NCBI GenBank assembly: GCA_045588245.1
Contig: JAZNDW010000036.1
Coordinates: 8,068 to 72,067, forward strand
Direction: 5' to 3'
DNA length: 64,000 bases
From: Eubacteriales bacterium
GTDB taxonomy: Bacteria; Bacillota; Clostridia; Oscillospirales; CAG-272
Position numbers and translations under genes: made by a program. The notes under the pieces were generated by a model. That model did no database searches. It was not told the DNA's origin and saw only the letters and a list, made by a program, of their open reading frames with translations. The first letter of the stretch is position 1. Every line of letters starts with the position of its first letter. Positions 9,192-17,850 of this stretch are shown here, piece by piece.

Positions 9192-10016
9192 GTGAACATC
9201 GGTAAAAAGATCCGCTCGCTGCGCATCCAACGCGGCATGACGCAAAAGGAGCTTGCAGGCGGTGAGATCACACGCAATATGCTCTCTCGCATCGAAAACG
9301 GTGCCGCGTATCCTTCGATCGGCTCACTGTTGTATTTAGCGGAACGGCTTGAGGTCTCCCCGGCATACTTTTTCGATGAATCTGAAAAGACGCAAAGTGA
9401 AATTGAAAGTATGCTCTGCTCATACTATAACGAAGGCGAATACGAAAAATGTATCACCGCGGGCTCTGCCCTCCCCGCAACCGAATCGGGCAACATTTTG
9501 GCGCAGTGCTATCTGAACATGGCAGTTTCCGACTATCTTCAGATGAAGTTCAAAAGTGCGCGTGAATCGCTTTTATTGGCGAAGGAACAGTGCGAGTCAG
9601 CCGCCGACATAACCGACACGGTTTATAACATTGTGATGTGCCTACTCAAGCTGCAGGACGTTGCGTTTGACACGGGACTTGACGAGCTTTCCTCCGATAC
9701 GATCCCTTCGTATAAAGCGATGACGGCTAACTTTTATATGTTCCTGCTGGCAAACGCAGACTCGTGCGCCGACGCAGACGAGCTGTCCAAAAACAGCCTC
9801 TTCGGGCTTCACATTTCGGCAAGAGCGGAAATGTCCGCAGGAAACTACGCCTCTGCCGTAGATATACTGAAGATCGCAAAAACGCGCATTTCCGACACCA
9901 CACCGCCCGCACTTTCGTTTATGATCTACGACGATCTTGAAGCATCTGCCATCAAGACCGAAAATTATAAAGAAGCTTACGAGGCGTCGCGGCTCAAAAA
10001 TGCCGTCGGAAAATAA
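9192..10016 (+). CDS. XRE-family HTH regulator with a helical, TPR-like C-terminal domain
   Basis: The track ORF 9105-10016 overlaps the upstream gene. An in-frame GTG at 9192 sits 1 nt after the upstream TAA. VNIGKKIRSLRIQRGMTQKELAGGEITRNMLSRIENG is an XRE HTH. The C-terminal ~200 aa are helical repeats. Confidence 0.75.
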   Translation: MNIGKKIRSLRIQRGMTQKELAGGEITRNMLSRIENGAAYPSIGSLLYLAERLEVSPAYFFDESEKTQSEIESMLCSYYNEGEYEKCITAGSALPATESGNILAQCYLNMAVSDYLQMKFKSARESLLLAKEQCESAADITDTVYNIVMCLLKLQDVAFDTGLDELSSDTIPSYKAMTANFYMFLLANADSCADADELSKNSLFGLHISARAEMSAGNYASAVDILKIAKTRISDTTPPALSFMIYDDLEASAIKTENYKEAYEASRLKNAVGK

Positions 10017-10040
10017 GATACCGCACCATAGAATCGTATA

Positions 10041-10083
10041 AAGGGGACAGAGAACGAAGCCGTTCTCTGTCCCCTTTTTTGTT
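10041..10083 (+). terminator. Rho-independent terminator
   Basis: AGGGGACAGAGAACG / CGTTCTCTGTCCCCT hairpin followed by T6. Confidence 0.85.
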
Positions 10084-10218
10084 TATCCCGATCCGTTATA
10101 CCACGCATTGTTATATATAACGATAGATAACACAACATTTTGCGAACATTTTCGGGTCGAAGTATTTATATATAATGACGAAATTTCTCCGACAAGAGAA
10201 AAACTTCGGGAAAAGCTA

Positions 10219-10246
10219 TTGCAAAAATCGCGCTTTTAGATATAAT
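10219..10246 (+). promoter_or_regulatory. Candidate sigma-A promoter of the decarboxylase operon
   Basis: TTGCAA, 16-nt spacer, TATAAT. A second TATAAT lies 10 nt further on. Confidence 0.4.
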
Positions 10247-10333
10247 TAATTATAATGGGTTAAAATGGGGATAGAATGAATCGAAAAGATCCGTTCACTC
10301 ACGTTTATCTATATATCAACCGGAGGTTTGTAT

Positions 10334-11812
10334 ATGCAGAAAAAAGATTTCGAAGCGGTTGCAGAAGCGCTCAAGCGCGCTCAGCAGAAAACGACCGCTG
10401 CGATCAAAGACTTTCTCCGCGATCTTGACGGCAAAAACGAAACTGCCGCTCTCGCAGGAAAGCGCCTTACGGCAAGAGCCCGCATTACTGCTCTCTTTGA
10501 CGAAGGCACATTTGTAGAAACGGGAGCTTTCATCAAGCGCCGTGCTACAGAATTCGACCCCGAAGCCGTTGAATCTGACGACTTTGAAGCCGTCATCACC
10601 GGTTACGGCTCCGTAAACGGCAACCTCGTTTACGCTTTCGCTGAAGATCATTTCCGCAGCAAGGGTGCTGTGGGCGAAGCGCACGCAAAGAAAATCTGCG
10701 CGCTTTACGATCTCGCAATCAAGAACGGCGCTCCCGTTGTCGGCATCTTCGACAGTAACGGCGCATTCATTCTTGAAGGCACATCCGCACTTTCCGGTTA
10801 CGGAAAGATCATGTCGTCCGTTTCCCGTGCATCGGGCGTTATTCCGCAGATCGCCATCATCGCAGGCACCTGCGCCGGCTCCGCAGCCGTTATCGCTTCC
10901 ATGTTTGATGTCACGGTTCTTTCCGAACTCGACGGCAAATTCTACGTAACTCTCGGCAACGAATCCTCCCCTGCAATCTCTGTTGCAGACGAGATCTCCG
11001 CCATCAAAGAGGCGCAGGCACTTCTTTCCGTTCTTCCTTCCAACAACTGCGAAGGTACCGTACGTTACGACAATAACGCCAACGGCACCGTTGACGTTTC
11101 CTATGTTGCAAACGGAGGCTACGACGTTAAATCCGTTATCGCTGCCGTTGCTGACAACGGCGCTTATAAGGAGCTCTACGCAGCATACGCTCCCGAGCTC
11201 GTTACGGTTCTTTCTTCCGTCGGCGGTATCGTTACCGGTATCGTTGCAACTAACCCCGCCGTAAACGAAGGCAAGCTCACCTCTGCTGCAGCAAAGAAGG
11301 CTTCCCGCATGATCAGCCTTTGCGACAGCTTCAACATTCCCGTACTCACGCTCGTTGACGGTAAGGGTCTTGACCTTGAAAACGCTCCCGAAGCAAATGA
11401 GCTTTCCAAGCTCGCATTTGCTTACAGCTCCGCTGAATGTCCGAAGATCACCGTTATTGTCGGTGAAGCTTACGGTGCGGCTTACACCGTTCTCGGAAGC
11501 AAGTCCATCGGCGCAGATATGGCTCTTGCTCTTCCCACCGCCGTTATCAGCGCTATGCCCGCGAAGTCCGCAGTTGCACTGCTTTGGGACGAAAAATTCG
11601 CAGGTGCATCCGATCCCGCAGCTCGCCGTGCAGAGCTTGAAGAAGAGTGGAACTCCACGTTCGGCTCCGCCGTTGATGCCGCTTACAAGGGCGAAATTGA
11701 CGATATTATCGACTCCGCAGAGCTTCGTGCGCGTATCGCCGCGTCTCTTGAGATGCTCTCGATGAAAAACGACAGAGAGCCGTCCAGACGTCATATCAAT
11801 CTTCCCCTTTAA
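10334..11812 (+). CDS. Acyl-CoA carboxyltransferase (12S / MmdA / GcdA-type alpha subunit)
   Basis: The track start at 10328 is TTG. ATG 10334 lies 7 nt after GGAGG. GKRLTARARITALFDEGTFVE, AVGEAHAKKI and DSNGAFILEG fit the carboxyl-transferase family. Confidence 0.85.
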   Translation: MQKKDFEAVAEALKRAQQKTTAAIKDFLRDLDGKNETAALAGKRLTARARITALFDEGTFVETGAFIKRRATEFDPEAVESDDFEAVITGYGSVNGNLVYAFAEDHFRSKGAVGEAHAKKICALYDLAIKNGAPVVGIFDSNGAFILEGTSALSGYGKIMSSVSRASGVIPQIAIIAGTCAGSAAVIASMFDVTVLSELDGKFYVTLGNESSPAISVADEISAIKEAQALLSVLPSNNCEGTVRYDNNANGTVDVSYVANGGYDVKSVIAAVADNGAYKELYAAYAPELVTVLSSVGGIVTGIVATNPAVNEGKLTSAAAKKASRMISLCDSFNIPVLTLVDGKGLDLENAPEANELSKLAFAYSSAECPKITVIVGEAYGAAYTVLGSKSIGADMALALPTAVISAMPAKSAVALLWDEKFAGASDPAARRAELEEEWNSTFGSAVDAAYKGEIDDIIDSAELRARIAASLEMLSMKNDREPSRRHINLPL

Positions 11813-11827
11813 TGAAAGGAGAATATT

Positions 11828-12232
11828 ATGACCTTCATTAAATTTGCAGCTCTTGCCGCCGCTACATCCGGAACCGAGCCCTTAGCAACTGCCTCCGAAA
11901 AGCTCGAAACCGGTTTTACCGTTCTTTTGCTCGGTATGGCAACGGTATTTGTGGTGCTCGCCATTCTTTGGCTCGTGCTTGCGCTTTTCCGTGTAATTTT
12001 CTACCGAGAAAATAAGCCTGCAGCAAAGAAATCAGCTCCGGCTCCGGCTCCCGCACCTGCTCCGGCACCCGTCGCGGAACCTGCCGCTCCCGCAGCTGAC
12101 AACACCGCTCTCGTCGCCGCTATCACAGCCGCGATCGCCGCTTACACGTCCGATGATCCCGGATTTACGGGCGGCTTCAGAGTCGTTTCCTTCAGACGCA
12201 AGGGTACGGCTTCCCCGTGGAACAAACGATAA
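11828..12232 (+). CDS. OadG-family small membrane subunit (gamma/delta) of a Na+-translocating decarboxylase
   Basis: AAAGGAG RBS. It has one TM helix (LLLGMATVFVVLAILWLVLALF), an Ala/Pro linker, and VAAITAAIAAY plus FRVVSFRR at the C-terminus. Confidence 0.8.
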   Translation: MTFIKFAALAAATSGTEPLATASEKLETGFTVLLLGMATVFVVLAILWLVLALFRVIFYRENKPAAKKSAPAPAPAPAPAPVAEPAAPAADNTALVAAITAAIAAYTSDDPGFTGGFRVVSFRRKGTASPWNKR

Positions 12233-12277
12233 TTGATCGACTCTTAAAAACACTTTTGAAAGGAAAAAGGTTTTATC

Positions 12278-12643
12278 ATGAAAAAGTACAATGTAACCGT
12301 AAACGGTATCGTATATGAGGTTATCGTAGAGGAAGCAGGCGTTGTTGCTTCCTCTCCCGTAGCCGCTCCCGCTCCTGCACCCGTAGCAGCACCCGCTCCC
12401 GCTCCTGTAGCCGCTGCAGCTCCCGCAGGCGCCGTTACCGTTAACGCTCCGATGCCCGGAACGATCCTCAAGGTAAACGTTTCCGCAGGTTCTGAAGTTA
12501 AGGAAGGCGACGTTCTCTGCATCCTCGAAGCTATGAAGATGGAAAACGAGATCCTCGCTCCCAAGTCCGGTAAGGTAGCATCCGTCAACGTTTCCGGCGG
12601 TCAGTCCGTTTCCACCGGCGACCTTCTCGTATCTCTTTCGTAA
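12278..12643 (+). CDS. Biotin carboxyl carrier subunit (1.3S / MmdC / GcdC type)
   Basis: 121 aa. It has an Ala/Pro linker and a biotinyl domain with CILEAMKMENEI (biotin-lysine motif). Confidence 0.9.
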   Translation: MKKYNVTVNGIVYEVIVEEAGVVASSPVAAPAPAPVAAPAPAPVAAAAPAGAVTVNAPMPGTILKVNVSAGSEVKEGDVLCILEAMKMENEILAPKSGKVASVNVSGGQSVSTGDLLVSLS

Positions 12644-12697
12644 TATAGGCTTAACTATTCAAGTTTCACCAAAATATTATAAAGGAGTGTAACCGGT

Positions 12698-13906
12698 TTG
12701 GAATTCGTTAAAAAATTCTTAGAAACGACGGGATTCATGCAGCTCATCTTTGATGAATCCGGTGCTGTTAATCCGGACTTCATCAAGACGCTCATTATGT
12801 ACGCCATTATCGGTGGGCTCTTCTATCTCGGTGTCGTTAAAAAATTCGAGCCGCTTCTTCTCGTTCCGATCGCTTTTGGTATGCTTCTGGCGAACCTTCC
12901 CGGAGCAAATCTGATCCACATGGATTTCTTCATCAGCGAAGACAACAGTCTTTCTCTCGTTGATACATTAAAGCTCGTCGTTAACGAAGGCGGACTTCTC
13001 GATATTCTCTATCTCGGCGTTAAGCTCGGTATTTACCCCTCGCTCATCTTCATGGGCGTCGGTGCCATGACCGACTTCTCCGCCCTTATCGCTAACCCCG
13101 TATCCCTCATGATGGGTGCGGCGGCACAGCTCGGCGTATTCGTTGCCTTCTTCGGTGCTCTGTTCCTCGGCTTTACCCCCGCAGAAGCTGCCTCTATCGG
13201 TATCATCGGCGGTGCTGACGGCCCGACAGCCATCCTCGTAACAAAGACGCTTGCTCCTCAGCTTCTCGGCGCTATCGCAATCGCGGCTTACAGCTACATG
13301 GCTTTGATCCCGTTCATTCAGCCGCCTTTCATGAAGCTGTTCACCACGAAGAAGGAACGTCAGATCAAGATGTCCACGCTTCGTCCCGTTTCCAAGCTTG
13401 AGCTTGTTATATTCCCCATCGTAGTTACCCTTATCGTAACAATGGTAGTTCCGGATGCGGCTCCTCTCGTAGGCTTCCTCATGCTCGGTAACCTCTTCAA
13501 CGTAACAGGCATTACCGACCGTCTTTCCAAGACAGCGCAGAATGAACTTATAAACATCTGCACGATCTTCCTCGGCGTTTCCGTCGGTGCAACCGCAAAC
13601 GCTTCGAACTTCCTCGCTTGGGACACGATCTTTATCATCGCTCTCGGCTTGACTGCGTTCATTTGCTCAACTTGCGGCGGACTTATCTGCGGCAAATTCC
13701 TCTGCTGGGTAACCAAGGGTAAGATCAATCCTCTCATCGGCTCTGCAGGCGTTTCCGCCGTTCCTATGGCGGCTCGCGTTTCCCAGACAGTCGGTCAGAA
13801 GGAGAACCCCTCCAACTTCCTGCTCATGCACGCTATGGGCCCGAACGTCGCCGGAGTTATCGGCTCCGCCGTTGCTGCAGGTGTCCTGCTCTCGCTTTAC
13901 GCTTAA
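12698..13906 (+). CDS. Na+-translocating decarboxylase beta subunit (OadB/MmdB/GcdB family)
   Basis: 402-aa polytopic membrane protein. The TTG start lies 10 nt after AAAGGAG. IGIIGGADGPTAI and SAGVSAVPMAARV are typical of the OAD_beta family. Confidence 0.88.
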   Translation: MEFVKKFLETTGFMQLIFDESGAVNPDFIKTLIMYAIIGGLFYLGVVKKFEPLLLVPIAFGMLLANLPGANLIHMDFFISEDNSLSLVDTLKLVVNEGGLLDILYLGVKLGIYPSLIFMGVGAMTDFSALIANPVSLMMGAAAQLGVFVAFFGALFLGFTPAEAASIGIIGGADGPTAILVTKTLAPQLLGAIAIAAYSYMALIPFIQPPFMKLFTTKKERQIKMSTLRPVSKLELVIFPIVVTLIVTMVVPDAAPLVGFLMLGNLFNVTGITDRLSKTAQNELINICTIFLGVSVGATANASNFLAWDTIFIIALGLTAFICSTCGGLICGKFLCWVTKGKINPLIGSAGVSAVPMAARVSQTVGQKENPSNFLLMHAMGPNVAGVIGSAVAAGVLLSLYA

Positions 13907-13935
13907 TTAAACTACAGAAAGGAACAGTAATATAA

Positions 13936-15333
13936 ATGGCAAAGGTTAAAATTACCGAAACCGTTCTTCGTGACTCGCATCAGTCCCTGATCGCTACACG
14001 AATGACAACGGAAGAAATGCTCCCCATCCTGTCCGAGATGGATAAGGTTGGCTATCATTCCCTCGAAGCATGGGGCGGCGCTACATTCGATTCCTGCCTC
14101 CGTTTCCTTAATGAGGATCCCTGGGAAAGACTCCGCAAGATCCGCGCAGAGGTAAAGAACACAAAGCTTCAGATGCTCTTCCGCGGACAGAATATTCTCG
14201 GTTACCGCCACTATGCTGATGACGTTGTTGAATATTTCGTTCAGAAGTCTATCGCAAACGGTATCGACATCCTCCGTATTTTCGACGCTCTCAACGACCC
14301 CCGCAACTTAAAGACAGCTATCGACGCTACAAGAAAAGAAGGCGGTCACGTTCAGGCGGTTCTCTCTTACACGACGAGCCCCGTTCACAACAATGAATAC
14401 TTCGCCAAGTATGCACGTCAGCTTGAAGAGATGGGCGCTGACTCCATCTGCATCAAGGATATGGCAGGTCTGCTCCTCCCCTACGACGCTTACGAGCTCG
14501 TAAAGGCTATCAAGGCGCACTCTTCTCTGCCCGTACAGCTTCACACGCACTACACATCCGGTCTTGCATCCATGACGATCCTCAAGGCTGTTGAGGCAGG
14601 CTGTGACATCGTTGACTGTGCTATCTCTCCGATGGCTCTCGGTACGTCCCAGCCCCCGACAGAAGCGATCGTTGCTACTCTCGCAGGCACCGAGTTCGAC
14701 ACAGGTCTTGACCTCGCTCAGCTCGACAAGATTAACCGTTACTTCACACCCATGCGTGAAAAGTACTTGAAGTCCGGTCTTATGGATCCCAAGGTACTCC
14801 AGGTCAACATCAACACGCTTCTTTATCAGATCCCCGGCGGTATGTACAGTAACCTCATCTCCCAGCTTAAGAATGCAGGCAAGTCCGAGCTTCTTAATGA
14901 CGTTTTAGAGGAAGTACCGCGCGTTCGCGCAGACGCAGGCTACGTTCCGCTCGTAACACCTACTTCCCAGATCGTTGGTACGCAGGCAGTTATGAACGTA
15001 CTCACAGGCCAGCGCTACAAGATGTGCACAAACGAATTCAAGGGCGTTCTTAGAGGTGACTACGGTGAAACACCCGCACCGATCGATCCCGAGTTCCGTA
15101 AGTCCATCATCGGCACGACCGAATACAAGAACTACCGTCCCGCAGACGATCTCAAGCCCGAGCTTGATAAGCTCCGCGCCGAGATCGCACAGTATATCGA
15201 GCAGGACGAGGACGTTCTCTCCTACGCACTGTTTGAGCAGGTTGCAACGAAGTTCTTCGAAGCACGCAAGGCTGCGAAGTATAACCTCGACGCAGAGGCT
15301 GCAGACAAGGCACTCAAGGTTCATCCGGTATAA
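13936..15333 (+). CDS. Oxaloacetate decarboxylase alpha / transcarboxylase 5S-type carboxyltransferase, lacking a biotinyl domain
   Basis: 465 aa. KITETVLRDSHQSLIATRM and SLEAWGGATFDSCLRFLNEDPWERL match the HMGL-like/PYC_OADA fold. The protein ends without an AMKM biotin motif. Confidence 0.88.
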   Translation: MAKVKITETVLRDSHQSLIATRMTTEEMLPILSEMDKVGYHSLEAWGGATFDSCLRFLNEDPWERLRKIRAEVKNTKLQMLFRGQNILGYRHYADDVVEYFVQKSIANGIDILRIFDALNDPRNLKTAIDATRKEGGHVQAVLSYTTSPVHNNEYFAKYARQLEEMGADSICIKDMAGLLLPYDAYELVKAIKAHSSLPVQLHTHYTSGLASMTILKAVEAGCDIVDCAISPMALGTSQPPTEAIVATLAGTEFDTGLDLAQLDKINRYFTPMREKYLKSGLMDPKVLQVNINTLLYQIPGGMYSNLISQLKNAGKSELLNDVLEEVPRVRADAGYVPLVTPTSQIVGTQAVMNVLTGQRYKMCTNEFKGVLRGDYGETPAPIDPEFRKSIIGTTEYKNYRPADDLKPELDKLRAEIAQYIEQDEDVLSYALFEQVATKFFEARKAAKYNLDAEAADKALKVHPV

Positions 15334-15344
15334 TTAAAACGGTA

Positions 15345-15375
15345 TAAAAAAACGCGCCTGCGGGCGCGTTTTTTA
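15345..15375 (+). terminator. Rho-independent terminator of the decarboxylase operon
   Basis: AACGCGCC-TGCG-GGCGCGTT hairpin followed by a T run. Confidence 0.85.
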
Positions 15376-15384
15376 TAGTCGCAA

Positions 15385-15434
15385 AGAAGAAGCCTCCCAA
15401 CCGCCTATAAAAAGGAGAACGGGAGACTTCTTCT
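15385..15434. repeat. Long imperfect inverted repeat (13 of 14 bp paired, 22-nt loop)
   Basis: AGAAGAAGCCTCCC (15385-15398) pairs with GGGAGACTTCTTCT (15421-15434). It may be the terminator of a decayed minus-strand gene. Confidence 0.5.
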
Positions 15435-16355
15435 CTATTTAATAAGTAATTGTTAATTTTAGGTACGGGGTCGGAATCCGAAGAAATATTGCCGAAAAAT
15501 AATTGATTTCATTTGAACCAAAAGGACGATTTGTCCCGGAAATGCGGTATATATTATCTTCTTATTTTGCCGACACCGTTTTTGTGTTTCCGTGATCTTT
15601 CATTGAACCTCTGCTTTCGCACCCTTACCGTTCAAAGCTATAAGCTCTCAATATATTCGTTATTATATCTTAAATCGATCTGCTCCGTCGCATATTAAGG
15701 TGGAGGTTATAATTGCATAGCCTTCGTTTTCTTCGAGCATCGACTCCAATATATTTTTCGGATTACCCTTTTGCTCGGTCGGCTTGATCCGGAGCTTTTC
15801 GGTTGACTCATATCATACTTCATCGCCGTCTTTTGACAGCAACCGTAACCGTATATGAAATCATAATATTGATTTTTACCTTCGCCTCAGCTTTATCAGC
15901 TTTTCTTTAATAAAGGTGCTGATTTTTTTGTTTTGCATATAGACACTTAATCAACCAAAATGCCTATATGCAGATACTCCAGAAGATAAGGGGATAATCA
16001 TATTCGATGACAAAATTTCTGTAGTTTTTCATAGAGTATTGACTATTAACCTCCTTCCTTTGATTCAAAACAAATAAAGCGCATAACGATACCAAATCAG
16101 CTCTTTAATACATTCGGCGTTACTGCGCTTTTATATGGTACAAGTATATCTTGTACTCGAATCGCAAAGGCATCGCCGCGGGTAAATGTATTTCGGTGAG
16201 CGATTTGTGTTCGGGTGCTTTTGTTTCTGCGTCTATTATAACAGTTCGTTCACATTTACGCAAGAGTTTTTTACCGATTTTCGTCTTTTTGTATCGATAC
16301 ACAATTTTTATTTTTATTTTTTGTTCATTTTGCACAACCACAGAGCATTTTGATT

Positions 16356-16394
16356 TGCAAAAAACGCCCGAGGGATCATCACCTCGGGCGTTTT
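16356..16394 (-). terminator. Rho-independent terminator of the MoxR-operon / XpaC-like gene
   Basis: CGCCCGAGG / CCTCGGGCG hairpin, with T6 on the minus strand immediately after the stop at 16397. Confidence 0.85.
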
Positions 16395-16396
16395 GT

Positions 16397-17818
16397 TCAG
16401 CCATTATTATCATCAGGTTTGACGGCGGCGGCGCTGCCGGCACCGAAAGCCGCTCCCGTCCCGGACGTCAGATCGAAGTCGCTGTGATTCATGAATCCGT
16501 CAGCCTTCATCATCTGACCGAGGACGTTAATATCCGTCGTTACGTCGAGCGTGTCGGATTCGAAAAGCTTATCGAGCTGGTTGCGGTATCCGCTGACGAG
16601 CATATCGAGCGTTTCTTCAATATTTTTCATGCCCGCGTTGATGTTGTCTCCGCGAACCCCCTGCTCTTCGAAATATGCGTAGGAATTGAGCAGCTTCAGA
16701 GTTGTCGGCAGGTAATACGACAAAAAGCTGTCAAGCTGTGATTCGAGCTCGGGCTTTTCGTCCACAAGCTTGAATATCTTGCGCGTGAGCGCCTCGATCT
16801 CGTCTATTTTCGCGGAAACCGTTTCGTCGTCGATGTCATCGTTCAGCTCGCGTATGCGGGCGAGTATTTTTTCGTTATCGGAAAGATCCGTCGCTGCGGC
16901 TTTTTTTGCCTCGGCGCGTTCATGTCTCGCTGTGATTCTGTCACCGCTCAGCCGTCCGTATTCAGCAGCGGCGCCTTCCCTGCCGTCCGCGGTAATGATC
17001 AGATACTGCATCTTTTTGTCTATCAGCGCATACGGGCCAAGCAGATCCTTCGCCAGCATATACTGCAGATCCTTTATCACTCTCGACACGGGCACGTCTG
17101 CGATCTCCGCAAGTGTCTTGACGGAATAAAACTTCTTGTCACGAAGGACGGAAAGATACGTTATGATTCTGTAATCGCGCGATTTATAGTACTGACGGAA
17201 AAGGTAAAGTATCGCCGCGATCGACGAGGAGATCATCGCAGAAACGATCTCAAACGTTGAATTCATAACGCCGTAGTCAATGATCGACGATATAAGAGCC
17301 GCGAAAAATACGAGCGCAAAAAACATTGAGATTCCCATAAAGACCGTCGTGAGAACGGTCGCGGTGCTCACTTTGTGCTTTTTCTTCAGCGTTGTTGCTG
17401 CGTTTGCAGTATTTGACACGCCCGACGCACCTACCGTAGATGTGCCCGACTTTCCCGCGTAATTCATCTGAGGAACGGTTGCGGCTTTTTTCTGCGGTTC
17501 GGCGGTCGCACCGCTCTTATTTGCCGCGTTCGCGGCACCGTCAGCTTTATCCGTTTCCTTTTTTATATAGCTGTAGTGATACGTCGTGTCGGGCTCGGTA
17601 TTATTACTTTCACTCTCGTTATATTTTGAGTGATACACCGTATGCATATTTGACGGTTGCGACTGCTTATTTGAATTTTGCGAATTCTGCGTTTTTTTCG
17701 CATCTTCTTTATTCGATTCACTTATGACGCGCAAAATTATGAGAAAGACTCCGACAGGCCAAGCACCGAAAACAAAGCTCAGCACGATTACCGGGATCGG
17801 AATATTTATATTTTTCAT
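16397..17818 (-). CDS. Membrane protein with a C-terminal XpaC-like (5-bromo-4-chloroindolyl phosphate hydrolysis protein family) domain
   Basis: 473 aa. It has an N-terminal TM segment, a low-complexity linker and two more TM segments. The C-terminal FLSYYLPTTLKLLNSYAYFEEQG and LDMLVSGYRNQLDKLFE match my recollection of the XpaC family. Confidence 0.6.
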   Translation of the reverse strand: MKNINIPIPVIVLSFVFGAWPVGVFLIILRVISESNKEDAKKTQNSQNSNKQSQPSNMHTVYHSKYNESESNNTEPDTTYHYSYIKKETDKADGAANAANKSGATAEPQKKAATVPQMNYAGKSGTSTVGASGVSNTANAATTLKKKHKVSTATVLTTVFMGISMFFALVFFAALISSIIDYGVMNSTFEIVSAMISSSIAAILYLFRQYYKSRDYRIITYLSVLRDKKFYSVKTLAEIADVPVSRVIKDLQYMLAKDLLGPYALIDKKMQYLIITADGREGAAAEYGRLSGDRITARHERAEAKKAAATDLSDNEKILARIRELNDDIDDETVSAKIDEIEALTRKIFKLVDEKPELESQLDSFLSYYLPTTLKLLNSYAYFEEQGVRGDNINAGMKNIEETLDMLVSGYRNQLDKLFESDTLDVTTDINVLGQMMKADGFMNHSDFDLTSGTGAAFGAGSAAAVKPDDNNG

Positions 17819-17850
17819 CTGTTACAGTTCTCCTGATCGGCAGTTGATAT

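Noticed and set aside
10316-11794. 492-aa minus-strand ORF covering the whole carboxyltransferase gene
   Set aside because: It is an antisense shadow of a well-supported plus-strand gene. It has no RBS and a Gly/Cys/Ser/Arg-skewed composition with no recognisable motifs.
12034-12428. GC-rich GCN-CCN reiterations that look like short tandem repeats
   Set aside because: They are in-frame Ala/Pro linkers of the OadG-like and biotin-carrier subunits, a normal feature of these proteins. They are not CRISPR or satellite DNA.
15455-15490. GGGGTCGGAATCCG resembles a tRNA T-arm (GGTTCGAATCC)
   Set aside because: There is no complementary T-stem 3' strand, and no acceptor or anticodon arms can be drawn around it.
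16120-16443. 107-aa minus-strand ORF
   Set aside because: It starts inside the 3' end of the XpaC-like gene in another frame and runs straight through that gene's terminator hairpin. Only its distal Lys-rich part is mentioned, under the AT-rich island finding.
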